In this document: positions 1-12,328 of the stretch, one piece after another
Layout of the letters: each line of letters begins with the position of its first letter
Numbering within the stretch: position 1 is the first letter of the stretch
Source of the DNA: Paraspadella gotoi
Lineage: Eukaryota > Animalia > Chaetognatha
DNA: 64,000 bases
Assembly (NCBI GenBank): GCA_051294375.1
Contig: CM119267.1
Span: 21,087,755-21,151,754 of the forward strand
Direction: 5' to 3'
Made by a program: the position numbers and the translations under genes
The notes under the pieces: generated by a model
Databases searched by the model: none
The model's input: the letters and a program-made list of their open reading frames with translations, nothing else
Told to the model about the DNA's origin: nothing

Positions 1-238
1 ATTCTCGACATTTCGATCTCTCTCTCTCTCTCTCTCCCTCCCTTTTTTTTCTCTCTATAATCTCACGATTGTCTCTCTATGATGTCAGATCCGTACAGCC
101 TTTTCACACAACCTTCAGCAATCTCAATACTTTCCTCTCAGTACAAACGTACTTATCACCCCCAGCCCCATCTTTCTTCGTAAATCGTATTTAAACTTAC
201 CGCTCCATCCCGTCACCTTACCCCACTTTTCAACTCAC

Positions 239-3200
239 CCGCGACCCATTGGTCCCCTTCCTTCGGCGGCAACAGGATGATCTTCTTGGACTGGCACTTC
301 AAGCTCTGATGCAGCCCACCGTCCCACTTGTATCCGTGCGGATAGATGACGCAAGAAAAGTAAGTTTGATTGTCGACGGGTTCCATCTTCAATGTCGCCG
401 TCGCCTTCAACGTCGTCCGATTGGGCATCGAGTCGCTCGTCGACCAGGAGACGCTCATCTCCGCGTCGACGCGCTCGCGAATGCGGGAGCCGCCCAAATG
501 CCAGACATCGACCTGAAAGAGGTATGAAGATTACAGGGTTACTTGTTTTAATACATGCAATATTATTTTTTATAAATATTAAGGAATATTATGAAGTAAA
601 TATAGTTCATTAAATGTAATTAGTTTTTTTAATTTATTTATGCGATATATTACGATATTTAGTGATTTCAGTTTATTTTTAATATCATAAATTATTTCAA
701 TATGCCACGCCCACCACGCTTACCCCATGCGTGACTTCGGATTCCTTCCACAAAACCTTTGGCCAATGCGGACCCCAGACTGTTGTCTCGCAAGTCATCG
801 TCACGGATTTTCCCAGCTCCACCTGAGAAGAACGGCGACTCGTTAATATGACGTTCTTAATTGTTATTATGGAACGAGAAAGAAATTTAACTGGATATTT
901 GTTATGAAATCGGTACAACCAATATAAAAATTATCCATTCATTTAATAAATAAGCTATCTTGCCCCTGACTTTGGACAGGCTTTGGTGGTTTAAGACCTC
1001 CATCACTCTTACAAGATAATGACATAGCAGGTCCCTGCAAGCTTTCAATCAAGACTCTCTCACAGTCTCGTTTATTCACTCCCAGACTACCTGGTTTCCC
1101 TATCAATGAAGTGGAAAATATTTCAAAGAATGTTTCAATTGTATGAAAAGACCACTCCCTTAAGTATTTAATTCAGTCAAAAAGGTCTTTGGGATTTAGC
1201 GAACAATCTCAACAATACCCTGTGCATAGTGTGCAACTGTGCATCTTGCTACTAGGCATATATGATCAAACCAGGTTTTACGATTTATTCTTTAACTAAA
1301 CTCGGTTTAAAATTCAAAGACATCCCGACGCTTCCGACTCCCTTCTCAGAACGCAGCAACGTCGCCCACTCCCCCATCTCGAAAACCCAACCCAAACTGA
1401 CCTCCAGCGTACTGACACCGCAGCGGGGCTCTTCGTACATCATGACGACGTAAGGCACCAACTCCCATTTTTGATTGTCAATCCGAACGCAGCCGTATTT
1501 GCCCACGGTAGTTTTGGTCACGTGACTCGTTTGCAAGACAAAGTCAAAAGGGTCGTCGGGGCGGTTGACGACGTGGAAGGTGGGGTTATTCGGAGGGTAA
1601 GTTTTGTTGCCCTAAATGAGAAAATAGTGGGAGAATAGTAGAGAGGGGGAAAGATTAGCAGATAATGAACGGCTGAAGATGCAATATCACTTTTTTAAAC
1701 TTTTAAGATCTCAACTCCTCGGTAAGTAATATCGGAAGGGATGCTTAAGAAAGTATATTCACACCGCCGCACATACATCATCGTTCAGCCAATACCATTG
1801 GCTCAGAGGCGGAACACACCATCACAGGCGTTGTGTTCCATCCACAGTCTTAATGACTTCCCTCTGCGTTGTCAAAGTGAGACCGTCCGAGGGTAACCAC
1901 GCCAGTGACTGGATGCGTCACTGAGGGTCGGAAGCCCCCAAAGCCAACAGTGCGATGCCCTATCCCAATGGGCATAACGGCCATAAAGTTTTATTTTTAT
2001 CTAAATAACGAGCTATGAACAAAAGAAAGAAGTAATTGAAAAGTGCAATGGACATTGGACAATTGCCCACAGCCTCGTTACGCTCAGAAAGTGGAAGACT
2101 CATCCATCCTGCCCCCCCCCCTAGAATCCAAATTACCTTCGCGACGAGGTAGACTTCGCTGGTGTCGTTCGGCCGCACAGTGGATTTCGGCGAGTCGGGA
2201 GAAATGGGCGTGCCGGAATACCAGATGGGGTACTGTGGGAATCCGACGTGAGACTCGCAGACGAGAGAGAGCGACTTGTTGAAGAGAGAGTAGAATTTGC
2301 GGACGCCGGTGTATTCGGGAGTGGGCGTGGGCTGCGTTTGAAGGCCGGATGAGTAGGAAGAGGAAGAGGAAGAGGGAAAGCGTTTGGATCGAAGGTTGAC
2401 TTTTGAAAGACTGTGCTTCAGGCGCTGTTTTCCCAGAGTGGTGCGTTTTAATTTTTTTTTTTTTTTTTTTTTTTTTGCAGCAAGAAATTGGAAAAAAAAA
2501 GTGGGTTAGTGATGGTTGGAGAATAGTTGACAAGAAATGAGCGACACGCGGTCGATTATGAAACACTAATCCCAAAAGCCAATTACCAAAAGCTATCACA
2601 GCAGATCAGGTTTTAAAGAACATTCATAGAAATATGAACAAAAACCAAAGTACAATCAGATCGACAACATCTGCCGGGACTAACCTCGGAAGGCGTTTCG
2701 CAAGAGTATTGCATCTGCAAATACTTGAAGGGATACCGCACGCCTTCGCACTCGCCACGACCGAATGGAGCCATCTCCACTTGGCATTTGTCGTGACCAT
2801 TGCAGCTTTTATAAAATTCCTCTTGCTTGCAGACGGCGCGCACGGTCGGGTCTTAAAGGAAAAGAAGTTTTTCGTGTGAGGATAGGAAAGCCAGCAAAAG
2901 TAATGGGATTTTAATTGAGATATCACAAAGAGAAGAGTAATTGACCTAACATAGAATGTCACAAAAATTGAAAATAAACAAATGAGATCGATTCCAAAAT
3001 ACTTAAAAATTCTTGTACACTCCTGCGAGTTGTAAATTCGACTAATCTTTTTTCTACTGTAATCCTTGTCTGAAAGGTTCACGCAAAGAATCAGCGGGAT
3101 AATTTTAGAATTACAAATATTCAGGGTTTGTCGGGCATTTGATTTATACCTAGGCTATTCTATGACGAGTAATATTAAGGACGCTTTAAATTTATAAACT

Positions 3201-3531
3201 TTAAACATTTAAAATACTCTTTGACACTAAAACTAAAACTGAGTTTATCTTAAGATTATCTCCTAGAGTCTAATTCCATTTAAGAAACCCAATTTACATA
3301 AAATCCCTTACCCTCGCCAAACTTACCCGACCCGCAACTCTTTTCCGACGTGAACCCATAGTGAGCTTTCAAAAACCGGATCGTCCTCCCCTCGCTACAG
3401 TTGAAAGAGAAGCTCACGTCTTTGTCTTTTTCCACGCATCGATTCACCTTAGTGATCAGCTGGAAGGAGGGGAGGAAGAGAAGGGAAAGGAGAAGGAAGG
3501 AGAGAGGGGAAGGGGAAGAAGGGAGAGACAT
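239..3531 (-). CDS. Secreted/membrane protein with signal peptide, SUEL (rhamnose/galactose-binding) lectin domain and two Ig-like domains; 3' end lies outside the window
   Basis: Phase-compatible GT-AG exons 3327-3531, 2685-2851, 2137-2331, 1402-1611, 724-822, 239-512. Hydrophobic N-terminus; SUEL pattern C..FNCSEGRTIRFLKAHYG..C / CNGHDKC..FG..C..KYLQMQYSC; Ig patterns SLSLVCES..W..GKYGC and VTMTCET..VLW..DNQTYFSC. Confidence 0.75.
903..1164. repeat. Dispersed repeat family A, copy 1 (intronic)
   Basis: Near-identical to 14098-14359; an internally deleted inverted copy lies at about 33470-33597. Confidence 0.85.
1787..1980. repeat. Dispersed repeat family B, copy 1 (hairpin-rich, SINE/LINE-UTR-like)
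   Basis: Colinear similarity with 10913-11125 (shared blocks acacaccatc, gttccatccaca, gagaccgtcc, gcgtcactgag, ccccaaagccaacagtg, atcccaatgggcat). Confidence 0.8.
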
Positions 3532-3935
3532 TGTCTCGGAAGATTGGGAATGGGTGAGTTAGTTTGGACCGGAGCGTGAATTCGGTGAGGCGATTTTGGG
3601 GTAAGGAACCGATCAAGGGTCAGTTGCCGCGATGAGTTGTAGGACGTGATCCAGTGAAACGGAATCCTTTTAAATTCTCAAAGAACGGCGGCCATGTTGA
3701 AGACAATCGGAAGGGGTGTTTTCGAGAGTTTTCATTTTGGAGTTTTATTTTTAGTTTGTTTTTTTTTTATTTCGGATTCACAGATTTTTTTTCTTGTCCT
3801 TGTCCTGAATAAAAAAAAAAAAGTAATAAAAATCGAGTCAAGATTTTCAAAAATTGCGAATTTCGAGAAACGCAAAGGGAAGGGGAGACGCGGGGAAGCG
3901 TCGGTTTAACGTCAGAGTGGCAACAATAAACAAAG

Positions 3936-4007
<72 letters not shown>

Positions 4008-5826
4008 CATCGGTTGTTTCTCAACCATCCAGGTTCCACCCACAAACGAAAATCCAGATTAAAAATTCCATTTCTATTTTTTTTTTCAGATTTTTTTTCT
4101 TCAGATTTTTCTTGTGAGATGAGATTCTTTTTTGGATTTTTCATTATTTTTCTCTCGGTTTTAGTGATTGCTGTCACTTTGCGGAGACTTTTCCTTTTCA
4201 TGACAGTGAATTTTGAACCCTGGTAAAAAGTTACCGAGTCAGATAGAGACAGAGTTAGAGGGACAGAGCTTGTCTTTCGATTCAAAAAGACGATATATTT
4301 TTCCGTTGCTTTTTCTTTTCCGGCTCAAGAAAGAAAAACTCGTCATTCGAGAAATTCGAGTTTTCGTTTTGAAAAGAAAAAAAATTATTTCGTTCGATTT
4401 CAAAGTTCGAGAAGAAAAAAAAAAAGAATTTCGTAGTAGGCGGATCTCGTAATAAGCGAAATCGGTAATGACCGTTTTCCTCGGAGAGAGAACGAGCGAG
4501 GAAAAGGATGTTAACATTAAATGCAGATTCATTCTGAATCTCGAAAAAATATTTTCAGTGTCGCGAGCAAAAGAGAACACTCTCAAAGAGGCGACAGATT
4601 AGTAGTTTCTTATTTTTATTCGATATCTGAATTATTTTAGAATCCTCTTTCACTGTCATCGAAGTTGGTTACTTTCAGATTCGCGATCGTACGCAAAATA
4701 AATGGAAGAGCTTAAGTAATAATTTGTATTTACAGTGTGCGACGTGAAGACGACGGTAAGGATAAAGAAAACATGGAACATATACGTGATTATCATATGT
4801 ATATTTAGTTATATTTAGTTACATGGTGGCGATGTTAATTGAAATATTTTGTCGCTTGTTAAAAAAAACTGAAAAAACTAAAAAAAAACCATGTTAATCT
4901 TTAACAAAAGCAACATTTCGTATAATTATTATACTAAGTAGTACTAAGTAGTATTTTTCAGCTTAAGGCATAATTGTGTAAAAGTTTAAAGCATACAAAC
5001 AAATATTCAGTCGCTATCTCTTAAAAAAAACAGTATTTCTTTGTTCGATGAAATTCGATGCACGTACCGCAGTTTAGGTTTTTCATTGTAAGACGGACAC
5101 GTCCGGACACTGTCCTTTTCCGTTAATTTTGTAAATTTTCTGAACGATTGAACGTTTGTATCATAAACGATTTGACGATTGTATTATAAACGATCATCGA
5201 GGATGGTACCGAAGGTTCCGTTCTTATCATTGTCGTCGACTTCATTCTCACCTTTTGTCGAAATTTTGTCTTCATTACGTCGAACTGTTTTTGCTTCGCG
5301 TGTTTTCGAGTCTTGAAATGGAATGAAAAAACGGGATTCGAAAAACTTACCTCGCCTCCGGGCCAGACAGAAGAGAGAGAGAGAGAGAGAAATGTTGCAT
5401 GACTGCTTTCTCCTTTCATGAACCTACCCTGACTGGAAAGCCGAGGTGAGGAAGCAGGGGATGATGAGCCATCGCCGAAGCACGCTGCTCCGCTGCGCCG
5501 CGGAGGCGGAGCTGGAGAGAGAGAGAGAGAAAGAGAGAATCCTTGGTTTAGACTCGGGTAGGTTTTTTCAGCAGGTAAGGTCCAAGGATGAAACCCGAAG
5601 CGACTCAACAGAAGCGGTAAGAAGGGAAAACGACGATACTTTCCTTTTGTTTTTTTTTTCTTTGAGGATAAGTTTATTTTTACGGAAGTTTTTCTCTTTT
5701 TTTGGTTTTTGGTTCTCAATTTTCTTATTGTTTTCTCTCAGGGAACAAGAAAAGTTGTTAGTCATTCGATCCAGTAATTCATTAATTATTCAATGCTGGA
5801 TCCTTCTTCCGGAATTCTTCTTGACT

Positions 5827-5885
<59 letters not shown>

Positions 5886-7812
5886 AATATTAAAGTGGGT
5901 CTTACACTTTTGATTTTGACCGAAATTTATTTAAAAAATGCCGACATATTAAAAAATTAAAAACATTTTTTTTTTTCAATAAAAATCTTGCATCGAAAGA
6001 ATGCAATTACAGTTAGACTTAGTAAGAGACATTCCGATTTAAGACTTTGATCTTATCAGCTCGTTCACCTTTGTTCAAAAAATTTGATACGTCTAAAGTT
6101 CATTACCCTTTCGAAGATCGGTAAAAACGGATTAAGTCTTATATATTTCTCCTTATCTTTCGAAATTCACATTTTGCCGGTTACAGCCCGGATAAAATTG
6201 GGAACAAATAAAAAAAATAGATTTATGTGTATATTTTGAACTTTCTTTGAGACTTTTTTGATAGAAATTTTGATTAAGTTTGTCTCGTCGTCTTTCTTCT
6301 ATCGTCATCCACATCGTCTTAGACCACATTCCGTGTCGAAACGAAAAACCGGTGAACCCGAGGTCAAAATCTGTGACCCTGGGTCAAAGCTTGCGAGGTC
6401 GGGGACCAAAATCCGTGACCCTGGGTCCATACCGCCTCAGAAGCGTCAACCCTTTCTCCAAAAAGGTTTCGATCGAATATGACATTAATGGTTTCGGGTT
6501 TCGGTGGGAATTTGTGACTCACGTCGGTCTAACCCTTACCTTTATTTTGTGAATTTCAGGGTTTGACGTCTGAGACCTTTATAACGCACACTTCTCACTC
6601 TAATTAGTTGATGTTTGTTCTTTAATTACGTTCATAAACAAACCTTGGTTGGTTATTTTGTTCTGTCAGTTTGTCCGTTAGTAATTTTGTTTGTTCTTTT
6701 GTTTACTTTTTGCTTGTTCGTTTTCTTTCGAATGTTTATTTGTCTGTCAGTCTTACTCTTTATTAATTAGTGGAACTTTTTCTTCTCTTGATTCCGTCGT
6801 TAACTTTTTTAAAATTTTTTTTACAAGGACATTAATTAAATGAAAGTTTTATGCCTATGGCTTTTAAATCAAAGTTATCTGTTAAGTTAAAGTGTTTCTT
6901 CTTCCGCCAAATTTTAAAATTTATTGATATTGATAAACTTATTTCGATTTAGATTGAATTATAAGATTCTCATTTTCGTTTTGTTTACCATGTCAATTTG
7001 CCACAAAAAAAAACAAAAAAAAACATGTCTCCAATTTAAACGCCGCAACATAACCTTTCTAACCTCGATTCCACGTTTTATTGATTTGCCCCGATTTTCC
7101 CAGTTTTATTTTGCGTCGGACTTACCCGATTCTTTTGCGTCGGACTTACCCGGTTTTACCTGAACGACCCGGTTTTTATTTCCGTCGCTTTCTCTTCTCC
7201 GTTTTACGTCCTTGGGCTGATTGTCAACGCCGAACCTCGATTGCTCCTTCCGGAGAGAGAGAGAGAGAGAGAGAGAAACTTACTTTTGTGAAGGTTATTT
7301 CCCCTCTAAATGTGGCGACGAATTACCGGTCATTTTAGGGGGGAACACGAAAAATATATGTTTCAAAGATTAATTATTGTAGTGACGGAGTCGTGTTAAA
7401 AGAGAACAAGACGGTTTTGAAATTAGATTGGCAGATTTCTCATTTTCATTTTAGATTTAACGTATGATATATTGTGATCCGACAAATCATTTGACGAGGA
7501 TTGCCAATTGTATCTAAAATGACGAAAACATTTTGATTCTTTACCAGAAAAATCGGACGAAACCACTTTTGGAGATTACGACGACGACGACGACGACCGA
7601 TACGAAATATGAACAAACCGGTAAAGTAAACGGATTAAAGAATCTCTAGTCAGAATGAAGAGTCTAATAATCAAGATATAATTCATTAACTAGTAAAACA
7701 AAGTTCATATCAAACCATAAAGCATAAATTAAAAGGTAATACATTGTATGCAAGTACAAAAAACCAAAAATACAAGAACAATGAGAAAGGCGTCTAAGCT
7801 GTTCAGCCCCAA

Positions 7813-10256
7813 TCAGTCGATATAAACGACCCTGACGTTTTTGATGTTTCGCCTGCAGACGTGACATCGTTCAATCTTTTTCAGGCAAACCCCGCAAGCC
7901 GCGTGACCGCATTCGAAAACGTGATCCTTGCCGCGATCCAAGCAGATGATGCATTTCTTTTCTCGCTCCAACTGGGCCTTTTCTTCCCTCAGTCTCTTGC
8001 TATTCTGCTCCAGCAAAACCTTTTCTTCGCTCATCTTTTTGTTTTTCTGATCCAACAAAATCTTTGCCCAGTTCAGGTTTTTGTTTTCTTTTTCCAGTTG
8101 AGCATTTTTCTCGGCAAGTTTTCTGTTCTGATGCTTCAACTCCTCCTGGGCCTTATCCCAGCTCAACATTTTGTATTTCTGATCCAAATGAGCCTTGTCA
8201 CAACTTAGCTTTTTGTACTCCTGCACCAACTGAGAATAGCCACAATGAAGCATTTCGTATTCCTGCTTCTTTTCCTTTAGTTGCTTCGTATTTTCTTGCT
8301 CCAATTGAGCCTTTTCTTCCCTCAACTTTTTGACTTCTCGCTCCCACTGGACCCTGTCACGGCTCAACTTGTCCTTATCACGTAACATACCAGCAATTTG
8401 CTCTTTTTCCCACGTCAACGCGCTAATTTTATGCTCCAAAGCCAATTTTTCGCTTTCGAGTTGCGTGTTCACCTCATTCAGATGGGCCTTAACCTGCTCC
8501 AAATTTGCTTTTTTATCGCTCAGCATGCTCTTCTCCCATTCTAATTGATTGTTTTTACTCTTTAGCTGATTGTTCTCATCTTTCGCCACACTTTGCTTCT
8601 TTAACTGAGCGTTTTCGTTTAACACCTTGCCCATTTCCCATTCGACCTGTGACAAATAGTCCCGTAGATCTTTGGTCTCTTTATGAAAGTAATTCAGTTC
8701 TTCCTTCGAATTCGTCCTAAGCTTTTTGTTCTCTTCGTCCATCTGGACTTTTTCTCTGGTCATCGTGTCCAGGCATTGCTTTAAACCAGTCAAGTTGTCT
8801 ATTTCATACTTTAACTGAACGTTTTTCGCACTCAGTACGTTCTTCTCGTGTTTCAACTGAGCATTTTCCCCATCGCACCGGCGTTCTTTCTCAACTAATT
8901 CGTTATAAACGAGAGTCAAATGAGCATTTTCTAACTTCCACTTTTCTTTTTCTTGCATCCAAAGTTCATTTACATCTTTTAATTTCTTATTTTCTTTCAT
9001 CATGTGAGTCCTCTCTTTGAGAAGCATGTTATTTTCGTGCTCTTGCTGTCCTTTTTCGTTGATTAACTTGTCTTTTTCTTGTTCATAATCAGTTTTTTGG
9101 TCTATCAACATATTTCTTTCATGTTTGAGTTGTGCTTTCTCTTTGATCAATTGGTCCAAATCGTTCTTCAAATAAGTTTTTTCCTGTGCCCACTTTACTT
9201 TTTCGCGTTCAAACTGATCCCTTGTTACAATCAACTTTTCTTTTTCTTTTTCCAACCGAAGTTTTTGGTTAATTAACTCCTCTTTTTCATGCACCATTTC
9301 AACTTTTTCTTTAATCAACCGAATTTTCTCTCCAATCAACCCGTCCTTTTCATGCTCCAACTCACTATTCTCTCCAATCAACCTCTCTTTATCCATCTCC
9401 AACTGAGCCTTTTCTTCCTTCAACTTGTCCTTTTCCTTCACTAATTGTAAATTTTCTTGGGTGAACTTAATTCCTCTTTGCTCCATATCATCCATATCCA
9501 ACTGAAACGCGTCAACCTTAAACTCTAACCCGTTCTTCTCCAGTTCAATGTCAGCTCTCTCGCATCCCAACGCGAGTTTTTCGTGCCTTAGCAACGCCTT
9601 ATCCAACGACAGTTGTCTTATTTTCTCCGTCAATTTCAGGATAGCAATCTTGTCCATTTTTCGCGCTTTGTTCATCATCAACTTTCCTTGTTGGAGAATT
9701 CTTTTCGCTGCGTCGCCGACGAGTTCCTGAGACGCGTTGTCGTTCCCCGCCAGCTGCTTTTGATCGGTTTTCCGCTGCTCCGCCGCTTGCTGCAGTTTCT
9801 CCGCCGCTTGCTTCAAATGCTCCAGCGACGTTGCTTCGAGGGGAGCGTCCGACTTGTTCTTAAGAGCGTCGACGACCTCATTCATCTTCCTTTCCCACTG
9901 CAGCAGATTCTCCCTCATTTCGTCTTCATTTCCATCTTTTTCTTCTTCTTCTTCTTCTTCCTCATCCTCTCCTTCCTCGTCATCTTCATCGTCGTCGTCG
10001 TCGTCGTCTTCTACAAGCCCTTTGTCGAGATAGTGAACGTCTGACTGCTCAGCTGCGGATCCCACAATTTCTAAAAATAGAATTAGAATCGAAATTTAAG
10101 ACAAATTAGGTTTTTGTACTAGCCAAGCTTCACGACTTTCTTTTGCTAATTTTAATAAGCGACAATAGACGCTAGCGGTTAATTTAAACAACAACAATAA
10201 CAAAATTCACTAAAATAAATTCTGACTCAAAACTTACTTTGCCATTCGTTACCCAT
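7813..10256 (-). CDS. Long coiled-coil protein with C-terminal RING-HC (C3HC4, IAP/MYLIP-type) domain; putative E3 ubiquitin ligase
   Basis: Main exon 7813-10070 (acidic tract, long heptad-rich coiled coil, CIIC..CGH..CGVC..CHVC). A putative first exon 10238-10256 (MGNEWQ, GTAAGT donor) splices in phase 1. Confidence 0.85.
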
Positions 10257-10912
10257 CGCATCGACGCATCGCCAAAAGTTCATCACAAAGGTTCGAGATT
10301 CGAGAATCGTCCAAAAGTTTCGCGAAATCGTCTGAATCTCTATGCCCGAAATTTAGAAATACAATTTTGTACAAATTCTCTTTTTTTTTAGTTTTAGTCG
10401 TATAGTGGAGATCCTGATTATTATTAGTAAGAAAGAAAATAAAATCGCCGGCCGAATTCTTTAAAAATCCCAATGCTCGCTGTGAAATATTATGCCTCGC
10501 CTCAGTTATTTTCTTTATTTTTTGACCGTACTTAGTTGTCCTCACGCATTCGGCTAAATAGTTTCTGGTTATTTCGTTGGTCTTTTGTCAGTCGTTGATT
10601 GAGTCGTTATTCGGAGAGACTCTGAGACGTATTAATCTTTTGCCAATCTCAAATTAGCATCGCCCGTCCTCACAAGAGTTTTACAGGACTCTTTATGGAT
10701 ATTTGAAGTAAAATAAAAGATTATAAATCTTTATCTTCACTTTTTATTCACCTCTTCTTCAATATTCAGTGGATATCACGAGCGTGAGATAAAAAAGAGA
10801 TTTCACAGTAAAACTCTAAGACCGCTTCGTTGATTTCTTCGTTCAAAAAAATAATTAAAAAAAAGAAAAAAAAAAAAACTAATAATCCAGGATGGTGTGG
10901 CGGTATTATAAT

Positions 10913-11125
10913 AAGCCAATCCCAATGGCTCAGACTCAGGCTCGAAGTAGAAACACACCATCCCAGGAGTTGCGTTCCATCCACAATCCTTACAACTTCC
11001 CTCTTCGTTGGCAAAGCGAGACCGTCCTTGGGTAACCGCGCCAATAACTGGAGGCGTCACTGAGAACGGAACGGAACCCCCCAAAGCCAACAGTGAGATG
11101 CCCCATCCCAATGGGCATCACGGGC
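10913..11125. repeat. Dispersed repeat family B, copy 2
   Basis: Similar to 1787-1980, same orientation. Confidence 0.8.
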
Positions 11126-11999
11126 AACCCGCCTGTTGCCATAGTGGCTTCAAAAATAAGTCCGTCGATCACACCCGCTAAGAATTTATTTTGCTTCCTC
11201 TGTTCAAACGCCTATAGCGAAAAATTTTGCCTTATTTGTAATTATTTTTGTATTGTTTTGTTTACAAATGTAAACCAAAGTTTTTTCTCTCTCTCTCGCC
11301 TTTTAATAATGAATGCCACCTTGTACAATTTGCCGCTTCTATTCCTTTCGCTTTTCTGATTTCAATAAATCATTTCATGGTGGGGAGATGTGCAGAGCAA
11401 CAACAACAACAACACACAACCTCGGTCAAAACCGAACTTACCAACCTCGATCGTTTTCCCTCATTTCTCTTTATGGTCAAACATTGACGTAACTATCCAT
11501 TGTTATAGACTTAGCACCCGAGCCTTTTTGACTGATATCGTTTTTAACCTTGTTAAAGAATTAATTTATTCTTGTTGCGTCCACATCATTTTCTTCGCCA
11601 TTTTATCTCTATCGCCTCCACTTTACACTTCCTCACCTTCTACTTTATTACGCTCTCTATCATATAACCCTACTAACAATGGTACAGGGTACAAACTGAA
11701 AAAACTTTAAGAAACCATCTCTCATTTTTTTTTAAATTATTCAAGCTAAACACCAACGCGGTTTCAAAAAATTTCCTATTCGTTTGATTTTTGAATTAAT
11801 AAATGAAGTCGTGGAAAAAACTTATGCATGAAAATTGTAATAGAAGCCTAATATTATGACATTTTATTTGGTTTAACACTAAAATTAACACGCATGCAAC
11901 AATGAAAATATGAGTAGAAAACATGATTATCGATATTCAAGTATAATGTATTTAGAGAATTGACAAAGTTTTTGTTTGCAACGAATTTTATTTAAATTG

Positions 12000-12043
12000 A
12001 ACAGACATGTTTCGACTTGCTTTACAATCCTTCATCAGCGTTT
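12000..12043 (-). ncRNA. Minimal type I hammerhead ribozyme motif
   Basis: Minus strand AACG-CUGAUGA-A-GGAUUG UAAAG CAAGUC-GAAAC-AU-GUC^UGUU: complete core, palindromic ACAUGU stem III, 4-bp stem I, imperfect stem II; AATAAA at 11992-11987. Confidence 0.7.
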
Positions 12044-12328
12044 TGACAGTTTGGTTTGAAATTTGTGCATAAGAAGGAGAGAGAGAGAGATGGCCTTGGG
12101 AATTTTTCAATTCTCTAATCACTATTAACAACGAAAAAGAAAGGATTACTTCAATAAGTATAATGTATAATTGTATATGCGTCGTAAGATTTTGGAAATT
12201 CGCCAATCTAATACGATTTCTTCCCCCTACGTATCTCATATTTACATTGACATTAAAACACTCTTCTCATAATACAGACCTTCAATAATTTTTGTTTGGT
12301 AAACTTGTTTACTATAACTATTTTATTT

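Noticed and set aside
3767-5913. Several 100-200 aa ORFs
   Set aside because: Built from (AG)n and poly-A/T low complexity; no domain motifs or consistent splice structure.
6361-6428. Two copies of caaaatc.gtgaccctgggtc
   Set aside because: Only two units in eukaryotic DNA; not a CRISPR array and no function supportable.
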